Source of the DNA: a virus
Lineage: Duplodnaviria > Caudoviricetes
Strand: one strand, 5' to 3'
IMG/VR virus record: IMGVR_UViG_3300032312_000540
Coordinates: 1-46,815 of that record
Length of the DNA: 46,815 bases
Made by a program: the position numbers and the translations under genes. This document shows positions 15,331 to 22,982 of this stretch, piece by piece. A model generated the notes under the pieces. It made no database searches. It saw only the letters and a program-made list of their open reading frames with translations, and was not told the DNA's origin. Every line of letters starts with the position of its first letter. The first letter of the stretch is position 1.

Positions 15331-16653
15331 ATGGAGATTTTAGGTACGGTTGCTTCTTCAGCCAAGGGTGCTCCTGGCATACCTACAATTGGCACAGCAA
15401 CAAACGTAGGAACTTCCCGTGCTTTTAATAATGGTGCCGCATCTGTAACATTTACTCCAGGTGAGGGTGGAGCATTAGCAACATCATTTCTTGTTACCTC
15501 TACCCCAGGATCTTACACGGTATCAGGAGCATCTTCTCCATTAGTAGTTGAAGGACTACAATCTGGAACATCATACACATTTACCGTTCAAGGTGTTAAC
15601 GCATCTGGATCTTCTCTTGCCTCAGCAGCATCTAACTCTATTACAGCAACAACAGTACCAGGACAACCTGCTGCCCCAAGTGTAACTACATCAGCAGGAA
15701 TAGATTCTGTTTCTTGGACAGCCCCCGCAGACGGTGGATCTGCAATCACTGGATATACTTGGGCATCATCAGATAGTAAAGGCGCTACTGTTGGTTCAGG
15801 AACAACAAGTGTTAACGTTAATCAAGAACCAGACACTTCACAAACTTATACAGTTTATGCAACCAACGCAAATGGAAACTCTACAGTTTCAAGTGCTTCA
15901 GGTAGCATAACTACTGCTCCGTTCTTTCCATTCTTCCCGCCATTTTTTCCACCATTCTTCCCTCCATTCTTTCCATTCTTCCCACCATTCTTCCCATTCT
16001 TCCCTCCATTTTTCCCATTCTTCCCGTTCTTCCCACCTTTCTTCCCATTCTTCCCACCTTTCTTCCCGTTCTTCCCACCTTTCTTTCCATTCTTTCCATT
16101 CTTCCCACCATTCTTCCCACCGTTCTTTCCATCTTTCCCAAGATTTAGCCAAGGACCACAATGTATTTATGAAGATACATTAATTAAAACAACTAATGGT
16201 TTGGTTGCAGTAAAAGATCTTTCTGTAGGAGATACTCTTTACACAATAAATCTTGCAGAGGTAGCAAATGATAATGAATTTACTCTTGAAGTTGATCCAG
16301 AAGACTTTGCTTCAACAACATTAACATCTACATCTGGGTTAGTTGAAACTGTGATAACAGCAATTACTCCTAAAGATTTACCTGCATACATGTACTTTAA
16401 TAATAATGCAAGTGTTAGATTCTCTCTAGAACAGCCAATGTTTGTTAAAACAAGCACAGGAGAGTATAAGGTTATACCATCAGGAACTATACATGTAGGT
16501 GATTATTTGATTAGTATTGACGATAATGGAAGCATATCAGAAATTCCAGTATTAGTAAAACAGGTAGTTGAAGAAATATCTACAGTATATGCAATAAGTT
16601 GTGAGCCACAAGACTGGTTCATCGCAGGCGGATATTTAGTACACAATAAGTAA
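15331..16653 (+). CDS. two Fn3 domains - 74-aa Pro/Phe repeat - Hint domain protein, copy 2
   Basis: GGGAGGT SD; Fn3 signatures (GLQSGTSYTFTVQGVN; VSWTAPADGGSAITGY); repeat 15919-16140; Hint from CIYEDTLI (16162) to GYLVHNK*. Confidence 0.85.
   Translation: MEILGTVASSAKGAPGIPTIGTATNVGTSRAFNNGAASVTFTPGEGGALATSFLVTSTPGSYTVSGASSPLVVEGLQSGTSYTFTVQGVNASGSSLASAASNSITATTVPGQPAAPSVTTSAGIDSVSWTAPADGGSAITGYTWASSDSKGATVGSGTTSVNVNQEPDTSQTYTVYATNANGNSTVSSASGSITTAPFFPFFPPFFPPFFPPFFPFFPPFFPFFPPFFPFFPFFPPFFPFFPPFFPFFPPFFPFFPFFPPFFPPFFPSFPRFSQGPQCIYEDTLIKTTNGLVAVKDLSVGDTLYTINLAEVANDNEFTLEVDPEDFASTTLTSTSGLVETVITAITPKDLPAYMYFNNNASVRFSLEQPMFVKTSTGEYKVIPSGTIHVGDYLISIDDNGSISEIPVLVKQVVEEISTVYAISCEPQDWFIAGGYLVHNK
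15919..16140 (+). repeat. pyrimidine-rich coding repeat, 20 PFF/PPFF units
   Basis: 9- and 12-nt units CCN(CCN)TTYTTY with varying synonymous codons. Confidence 0.95.
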
Positions 16654-16661
16654 CATTTTAT

Positions 16662-16700
16662 AAAAAATACCCTCTTAAGATAATTATGGGGGTATTTTTT
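16662..16700 (+). terminator. intrinsic terminator, paralogous to 7565-7602
   Basis: AAAAAATACCC...GGGTATTTTTT. Confidence 0.7.
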
Positions 16701-16742
16701 ATATGCTATAATTAATAAAGTTTAAATTAAAAAGGGGAAAAA

Positions 16743-17456
16743 ATGCAAGAATACAATGATGAAAATTTAAATCCTTGGTTTACAAAAGATAGATCCGAAA
16801 CAGCATCAAACAGATTTCCTGTAAGAGAAATTAATAACAACATTATAGTTGAAAATTTAGGGTTAGGACTTAACCTTTATCGCAACACCTTTTCTCTTGA
16901 AGACTCTAAAAGATATATCAATACTCTTGAGTCTAATTTATCAAACAATGGAAAATACAAGTGGTCAGAAGCACAGGTAACAAATTCACCAAACCCAATA
17001 AAAAAAGCAAGGGATTGTGTAGATTTTAAATATAAACAAGAAAATCTTGGGCCAAGAGATGAAACAAATTCAGAATTAATAGATTTACATGAAGAGATAT
17101 ACCAAAAATTAAAAATATGTATAGAAGATTACGCTGCATACTGGGGAATTCATATTCGTTATTACGAGGCTTTTAATTTTGTAAAATATGAAGGAGCAGG
17201 GACACACTTCAATATACACGCAGATCATGGTCCAGGTTACAACTGCACTGTGTCTGCAGTTATCTATATTAATGATGATTATGTTGGGGGAGATTTAAAA
17301 TTTCCAAGACTTGATAATTTAGTTTATAGACCAAGAGTTGGAGATATAGCAGTCTTTCCGTCAAACTACATATATGAACATGCCTCTTTGCCAATGGAAT
17401 CTGGAACAAAGTATTCTGTAGTTATTATGACTGATATAAATACAATAGGACACTAG
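16743..17456 (+). CDS. 2OG-Fe(II) oxygenase, prolyl 4-hydroxylase-like
   Basis: HAD...YINDDYVGGDL.FP...HASLPMESGTKY (HxD...H, Lys 2OG ligand); TGCTATAAT at 16704-16712. Confidence 0.9.
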   Translation: MQEYNDENLNPWFTKDRSETASNRFPVREINNNIIVENLGLGLNLYRNTFSLEDSKRYINTLESNLSNNGKYKWSEAQVTNSPNPIKKARDCVDFKYKQENLGPRDETNSELIDLHEEIYQKLKICIEDYAAYWGIHIRYYEAFNFVKYEGAGTHFNIHADHGPGYNCTVSAVIYINDDYVGGDLKFPRLDNLVYRPRVGDIAVFPSNYIYEHASLPMESGTKYSVVIMTDINTIGH

Positions 17457-17458
17457 TC

Positions 17459-18235
17459 TTGAGTTTAGAATATAAATCAATAATATTTAGATCATTTAGA
17501 CCATGGCTAAATAAAGAAGATGTTTCTGTTCCTGTTCCCACGCAAAAAGAAGTTCCAGATTGGTATAAAAATGCAGATAGATTTGCAAAAATGCCAAACG
17601 GAGAATATTATAAAGCACCAAAAGAGGTTTGTCCATTTCCTAAAGAAGGAACAACCGACGATTATGGAAAGATTCCAACATGGAAAGCCTGTCCAGCAAT
17701 CATGGATGCATTTGCAACAGGGTACGTTCTTAAAACTCCTTGTGATTTAAAATTTGCTAAAAATTCTCAGGGTATAATTAATGTTACGATTGATGATTCA
17801 AAATATAAAGATTTTTGTACTCAAAGACCACCAATGCCACAATTTGAACATCCAAAGGGATACTACCAACATCATTTTGCATGGAGTTCTCCATGGGGTA
17901 TAGAACTTCCAGAAGGATATAGCGCATTATTTATGACTCCAATGAATAGGTTTGACCTTCCATTTTTAAATACAACTGGGGTTGTTGATTCTGACAAAGT
18001 TCATCTTCTAGGAAGTTTTCCATTTTTTGTTGTTGATGGTTGGGAAGGAACTATCCCAGCAGGAACACCATACCTGCAAGTTCTTCCTTTTAAAAGAGAA
18101 AATTGGGATCACAGTATAGAGATTTCAGATCAATCCTCTATATATGCTAAAATAGTAGATAACGCAAAGTTTTACCGCCAGCCAGATGGCGGAATATATA
18201 AAAACAAGGTCTGGTCACGACGAGAATACAACTAG
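17459..18235 (+). CDS. conserved phage protein, DUF6065-like / dUTPase-like beta fold, function unknown
   Basis: WKACPA..DA...G..L..P.D; PW.I..PEGYS.LF..P.N; GVVD.D; IPAGTP..QV.PFKRE; no HxD...H triad seen. Confidence 0.5.
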   Translation: MSLEYKSIIFRSFRPWLNKEDVSVPVPTQKEVPDWYKNADRFAKMPNGEYYKAPKEVCPFPKEGTTDDYGKIPTWKACPAIMDAFATGYVLKTPCDLKFAKNSQGIINVTIDDSKYKDFCTQRPPMPQFEHPKGYYQHHFAWSSPWGIELPEGYSALFMTPMNRFDLPFLNTTGVVDSDKVHLLGSFPFFVVDGWEGTIPAGTPYLQVLPFKRENWDHSIEISDQSSIYAKIVDNAKFYRQPDGGIYKNKVWSRREYN

Positions 18236-18243
18236 GGGAAAAA

Positions 18244-18909
18244 ATGCAAACTTGGACAGAAAAACAAAATCTTGGAAACGGTATATTTGTTTATAAAGGT
18301 GTAATTAAAAAAGAATTTAATATTATTGATAAACTTGAGTCTAACCTTGCACCAGTTGATCAAGTAAACAAACACTTTAAGTGGCTTCCAGCGTATGTAG
18401 GGTTTAAACAGTTAATGCCAGAATATAGAGATTGTGTAGATTTTAAATTTAAAAAGGATGATTTAAAAAACTTTAAAAGTCAAGAATCTTTAAATCTTCA
18501 GTCAATGTGGCAAGATGTGTATGATTCACAATTTGCAGCAGTTGAAGATTACAGAAGAGAACACAATATTATGCCATTAAAGTATTGGGAAGCCTTTAAT
18601 TTTATTAAGTATGGCCCAGGACAACACTTTATGGAACATCATGATCATGGACATTCATACAACTGTACTGTATCTCTTGTTGCATATGTCAATGATGATT
18701 ATGAAGGTGGAGAATTATTTTTCCGATTACAAGGTTTAAAAGTAAAGCCAGAAGCAGGAGACTTATTTATATTTCCTTCAAACTTTATGTATCCACATCA
18801 AGCAATGCCAGTAACTTCTGGAACTAAATACTCAATTGTAACCATGCTTGATTATAGTAAGAGATATCATACACCAGACATGTATGATTCTAAATGGGAC
18901 AATGAATAG
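18244..18909 (+). CDS. 2OG-Fe(II) oxygenase, prolyl 4-hydroxylase-like
   Basis: HHD...YVNDDYEGGELFF...HQAMPVTSGTKY; close paralog of 16743 (RDCVDFK, EAFNF.KY, YNCTVS). Confidence 0.9.
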   Translation: MQTWTEKQNLGNGIFVYKGVIKKEFNIIDKLESNLAPVDQVNKHFKWLPAYVGFKQLMPEYRDCVDFKFKKDDLKNFKSQESLNLQSMWQDVYDSQFAAVEDYRREHNIMPLKYWEAFNFIKYGPGQHFMEHHDHGHSYNCTVSLVAYVNDDYEGGELFFRLQGLKVKPEAGDLFIFPSNFMYPHQAMPVTSGTKYSIVTMLDYSKRYHTPDMYDSKWDNE

Positions 18910-19628
18910 TGCTAAACATATCAGTTGAAAAAACTTTAGGATCTGTCATAGAACTATCTCCAATGTCTATAAAAAGAGATTGGATGGATAAAACACCAAA
19001 TAACCATGCTTATAGATGTTTTCCAGTCTCACAAGCAAACGTAATTGGCTGGAGTTTATCCTGTACAGAGGATATTGAGTTTATCTGGAATGGCGAAGTT
19101 AACACTCAAGGTGATAGCGTAAATATTTTAAAGGGTAAACGTTTTTCAAACACTGGAAGAGGCCAAGCAACTGTAAGTATAACAACTGGCTTAACATTTA
19201 AAACTGATAAAGATATTAGCATGTTTACAATAAATCCAGTTAACTATTTTAATAATGATTTTGAAACTATGTCGTCATTGTTTAGCACTTCTTGGGCTGA
19301 TACTGATTTTCCATTAGCAATAAAAGCAAAAATTGCAAATAAACAAATTTTAATAAAAGCCAATACTCCAATTGCAACTATTATTCCAATATCTCTTAGT
19401 GCTATGAATGATACTTCAATTAAGATGTTTGACTATTCTGATCCAGAAAACAAAAGACAAACCGCTCACAGGCTTTATGGTGAGGCAGCACAAAAACTTA
19501 ATACTGTTGGCGAATGGACAGATTGGTATAGAGATGCTGTAAATGAAAAAGGCGAAAGTTTAGGCTCTCATGAAGTTAAAGTTTTAAAACTTAAAGTTGA
19601 AGACAACACGAAAAAAAATAATGAATAG
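18909..19628 (+). CDS. DUF6065-like protein
   Basis: RDWMD.T...HAYRCFP...AN..GW motif; I.ANTPIA.IIPI. Confidence 0.55.
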   Translation: MLNISVEKTLGSVIELSPMSIKRDWMDKTPNNHAYRCFPVSQANVIGWSLSCTEDIEFIWNGEVNTQGDSVNILKGKRFSNTGRGQATVSITTGLTFKTDKDISMFTINPVNYFNNDFETMSSLFSTSWADTDFPLAIKAKIANKQILIKANTPIATIIPISLSAMNDTSIKMFDYSDPENKRQTAHRLYGEAAQKLNTVGEWTDWYRDAVNEKGESLGSHEVKVLKLKVEDNTKKNNE

Positions 19629-20076
19629 TTTAAAAATAAATCATGAAGATATGGTTAATAATTACATTAAAGGTACTATTGACAAAACAGTACAACATTA
19701 TATAATTACAGTATCAAGAGATGGAGAATTTCCCGTAAGATCAATTATTTCTTTTGACAATATTAAAGAAGCACTTGAGGGTTATGAAATGTATCAAGAT
19801 GCAGGATTTGCAAAACAGTATCTTACCGTTTCTTTGTATGAGCCATCTGGGAAAATTAACACAAAGGTTTTAAAAAGAAATCAGGCTGGTGACCCATCTT
19901 TTGTAAGACAAAACTATATAGATACCGTTGAAGCCTTGTACAAAGTAAAAGATAAATTAGAAAAAAAAGACTATGAAGATTTATGTATTAAAATTGTTAC
20001 TTCTTTTGGAAAAGATAATTGGAGATTTGACGTAGACCGATTTTTAAAACAACTAGAAATAGATAGGAGTTTGTAG
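19621..20076 (+). CDS. hypothetical protein
   Basis: ORF track; start moved to ATG 19621, overlapping the upstream stop. Confidence 0.65.
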   Translation: MNSLKINHEDMVNNYIKGTIDKTVQHYIITVSRDGEFPVRSIISFDNIKEALEGYEMYQDAGFAKQYLTVSLYEPSGKINTKVLKRNQAGDPSFVRQNYIDTVEALYKVKDKLEKKDYEDLCIKIVTSFGKDNWRFDVDRFLKQLEIDRSL

Positions 20077-20103
20077 GCTAAAACCCTATGATATAATCTT
20101 AAT

Positions 20104-20778
20104 ATGGATAAAAATAAAGCCTCTGTGGTAGTTAGAAAGCCATCGTTAACCCCATCAGGGTGGTTTGGCAGTGGCAAAGAAATGATTGTTGAATTAGAAA
20201 ACTTTATGACTGAAGAAGAGATAGTGTTTTTAGAAAAAGCCGCTAAATCACTTACTATCTGGGATGTAACAGAAAGCCATGTAAATGAAAATGGAACAGT
20301 TGTGTATGATTCAGAATATTGGAAAGATAGAGTAGCAACACAGCCGACATTGCATAAAAATGATCCATCTATTGCTCCAGTAATTACTAAAATGTTTGAA
20401 AGACTTAAAGTAGTTGTTGAAGATTTTTACAAAGTAGAAGTAATTCCAACTAACGCTACTATTGTTAGATGGCTTCCAGGTCAACGTCAAAATCCACATG
20501 CAGATAAAGAATTACACGAAGGTCCAGATGCAGGACTACCCAACGATTTTCCAAATTATGACCTATCAAGTTTGTTTTATTTAAATGATGATTATGAAGG
20601 GGGAGAATTATATTTTCCTTTACAAGATGTAAAATTTAAACCTAAAAAAGGTGCTGCTTATTTTTTCCCAGGAGATAAAAATTATATCCATGGAGTTACT
20701 GAAATAAAGAGTGGCATTAGATACACATGTCCATTTTTTTGGGAAATAACAAAGCATACTGGAGACAGACAACCATGA
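20104..20778 (+). CDS. 2OG-Fe(II) oxygenase, prolyl 4-hydroxylase-like
   Basis: HAD...YLNDDYEGGELYFP...HGVTEIKSGIRY; TGATATAAT 6 nt before the ATG. Confidence 0.9.
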   Translation: MDKNKASVVVRKPSLTPSGWFGSGKEMIVELENFMTEEEIVFLEKAAKSLTIWDVTESHVNENGTVVYDSEYWKDRVATQPTLHKNDPSIAPVITKMFERLKVVVEDFYKVEVIPTNATIVRWLPGQRQNPHADKELHEGPDAGLPNDFPNYDLSSLFYLNDDYEGGELYFPLQDVKFKPKKGAAYFFPGDKNYIHGVTEIKSGIRYTCPFFWEITKHTGDRQP

Positions 20779-21521
20779 ACCTACAAAATAAAGAAAGAAT
20801 TACAAAAGATATAGTTGTATATAGAAATTTTGTAACAGAAGAAGAATGTGAAAAAATGATAAAGGCTCTTGACGCTCAAGCAGATTCTGGAAAAATTTCA
20901 TGGATGCCAATTTCTTTTTATGAGTCATACTCTTCTGTTCTTCCACAAGACAATGACCAAGAAATTATTGACGCTGGATTAACTCCAACCATATTCTCTG
21001 ATATTGAAAACATGATGCCAGAAGCAATTGCATCAGTTCATGATTTAGATCCTAAAATTATTTCTAAGATTGGATACCATACACAAAAATGGGAACCAGG
21101 AGCATACGCAAGAATACATTCTGACAACACAGATGCAGAGGGAAATTCAGGAGCATTTACTAGAAGCAGATATGCAGGATTTTTATATCTTAATGATAAT
21201 TTTGAAGGAGGTTTGTTAAAGTTTCCAGATCAAAACATAGAAATAAAGCCAGAAGTTGGAATGCTTGCTGTTTTTGACGGTGGATTCAACAATATGCATG
21301 AAGTATCATTAATAACAAAAGGAGTAAGATACACTATTGGTTCATTTTGGGATGACAGAGAAGAGTCTGCATATCCACAAGAATTAAGAGATGCATGGGC
21401 TGCAGAAATGAAAGAAACTAGAGCAAAGCAAGAAATTGAAAGAGCCGAATGGCAAAAACTTTTAAAAGATGGATATAAAATAGATCTTGATAATAAAATA
21501 TATAAAGTAGAGGATTTATAA
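20775..21521 (+). CDS. 2OG-Fe(II) oxygenase, prolyl 4-hydroxylase-like
   Basis: Start moved to ATG 20775 (ATGA overlap); HSD...YLNDNFEGG.L.FP...HEVSLITKGVRY. Confidence 0.9.
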   Translation: MNLQNKERITKDIVVYRNFVTEEECEKMIKALDAQADSGKISWMPISFYESYSSVLPQDNDQEIIDAGLTPTIFSDIENMMPEAIASVHDLDPKIISKIGYHTQKWEPGAYARIHSDNTDAEGNSGAFTRSRYAGFLYLNDNFEGGLLKFPDQNIEIKPEVGMLAVFDGGFNNMHEVSLITKGVRYTIGSFWDDREESAYPQELRDAWAAEMKETRAKQEIERAEWQKLLKDGYKIDLDNKIYKVEDL

Positions 21522-21522
21522 C

Positions 21523-22185
21523 ATGGACGTATTTTTAAAAAAAGAACTAGATGATGCTAAGTTTAGCAATAAAATTATTCAAGATGAAATATTAATGGTA
21601 GAAAATTTTTTATCAAAAGAAGAATTAGAAGAAGTCTTTTCAATTATTAATAATTTAGAAGAAGACGATTGGTCTTTTGCATATAGAGAAGGCTTAAAGA
21701 GTTTTTGTTTAGAAAAATTTGGAAGAGACGATGTTGATAATCTTGTTAAAGAAGGAAAGTTTGAAGTAACTGTAAATTGGTTTGACAAAAATTATGATAT
21801 TACTAAAACAAAAATTTCAAGAATAATTCTTGATAGACTTCAGTCTTTAATCAGAAAAGCAAATCCAAATTTAGAACTTGCTGGAATGGCAACACTTCAA
21901 AGAATGCAACCTAAAGTTGAGTTAAAAAGTCACACTGATCAGCATACAGATCCATCAATTAGATATGCCACAATTCTTTATCTTAATAACAATTACAAAG
22001 ATGGACAGTTATTTTTTAAAAACAAGCCAGGATTAGAGTTAGTTCCAGATCCAGGAACACTTCTTGTTTTTCCAGGTAATGAAGAATACGAGCACGGAGT
22101 ACGACACGTAGGAGAAGGACCTATTAGACATGTTCTTGTAGGTTTTGTAAAAGAAAAAAACTTCTACGAAAAAAACAAATACTAA
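21523..22185 (+). CDS. 2OG-Fe(II) oxygenase, prolyl 4-hydroxylase-like
   Basis: HTD...YLNNNYKDGQLFF...HGVRHVGEGPIRH. Confidence 0.88.
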   Translation: MDVFLKKELDDAKFSNKIIQDEILMVENFLSKEELEEVFSIINNLEEDDWSFAYREGLKSFCLEKFGRDDVDNLVKEGKFEVTVNWFDKNYDITKTKISRIILDRLQSLIRKANPNLELAGMATLQRMQPKVELKSHTDQHTDPSIRYATILYLNNNYKDGQLFFKNKPGLELVPDPGTLLVFPGNEEYEHGVRHVGEGPIRHVLVGFVKEKNFYEKNKY

Positions 22186-22195
22186 GGAGAAAAAA

Positions 22196-22822
22196 ATGAA
22201 CAAGGAAATACTTGAAGAAAAAGTTTATTATTACACTGATGTAATTGAAGACCCTAAAAAACTTGTTGAAGCAATTGAAAGTGACAACAAAGATCCTTGG
22301 GGAGAATGGATGGCGTGTAGTGGACAAGAGTATGTTTATGGAACAAACAAAACTATTGCTCTAACCGCAGATACTGATGAAAAAAATCAATATATTTATA
22401 ATACACTACAAAAAGCATTTGATGATGTAGCAAAAGATTACGCAAAAGCACAAGGTATTACAGATGAGCCAAAATTATTTCCACAATATCCAATTAAAAA
22501 GTATCAACCTGGTACGTTTATGGGGGCACACTTTGATCAGCAAGAAGGTGACGAAAGGCTAAAGGTTTCTTTTGTCATGTATTTAAATGATGATTACGAA
22601 GGCGGAGAAATTTCTTTTACAATTAGAGATCCAAAAGGTCCGATTCAGGGTCCAACTCCAGATTCAGATTTTGCAAATGCAGATCCTTCAGCCTATCAAT
22701 TTGCCGTTAAACCAAAGGCTGGTAGTATTATAGTATTCCCACCATCACCGCCATATCATCATACTGCACACCTAGTTAAAAGTGGTGAAAAGATTATGGT
22801 TCCACAACACTGGATTCACTAA
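22196..22822 (+). CDS. 2OG-Fe(II) oxygenase, prolyl 4-hydroxylase-like
   Basis: HFD...YLNDDYEGGEISF...HTAHLVKSGEKI; AAGGAG SD. Confidence 0.9.
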   Translation: MNKEILEEKVYYYTDVIEDPKKLVEAIESDNKDPWGEWMACSGQEYVYGTNKTIALTADTDEKNQYIYNTLQKAFDDVAKDYAKAQGITDEPKLFPQYPIKKYQPGTFMGAHFDQQEGDERLKVSFVMYLNDDYEGGEISFTIRDPKGPIQGPTPDSDFANADPSAYQFAVKPKAGSIIVFPPSPPYHHTAHLVKSGEKIMVPQHWIH

Positions 22823-22982
22823 TTTATAGATAGCACTTTATAAAAAATAAAGCACTAACTCTAAAGTAAAGATTGACACGCTATAAACAAGCGTGTTTTT
22901 CTTTTTAAACTTGTGATATACTTAACACTACTTTGTAATTTTCAAAGTGCTTACAATATTTTAATAGAAAGTTGAATCATAA

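Noticed and set aside
15898-16161. Minus-strand ORFs with WEEWKE and MVGRMER repeats
   Set aside because: Antisense shadows of the PFF repeat; synonymous variation fits the plus-strand Pro/Phe frame, and there is no SD or promoter.
7064-16647. Hint domains as mobile inteins, or the duplicated 3' ends as a DGR template/variable-repeat pair
   Set aside because: There is no homing endonuclease or C-extein nucleophile. There is no reverse transcriptase in the window, both copies are intact ORFs, and the differences are not confined to adenines.
22823-22982. Cobalamin riboswitch or NrdR boxes upstream of nrdJ
   Set aside because: The leader after TGATATACT is only about 55 nt with no B12-box, and ACACTACTTTGT is a weak partial match to an NrdR box.
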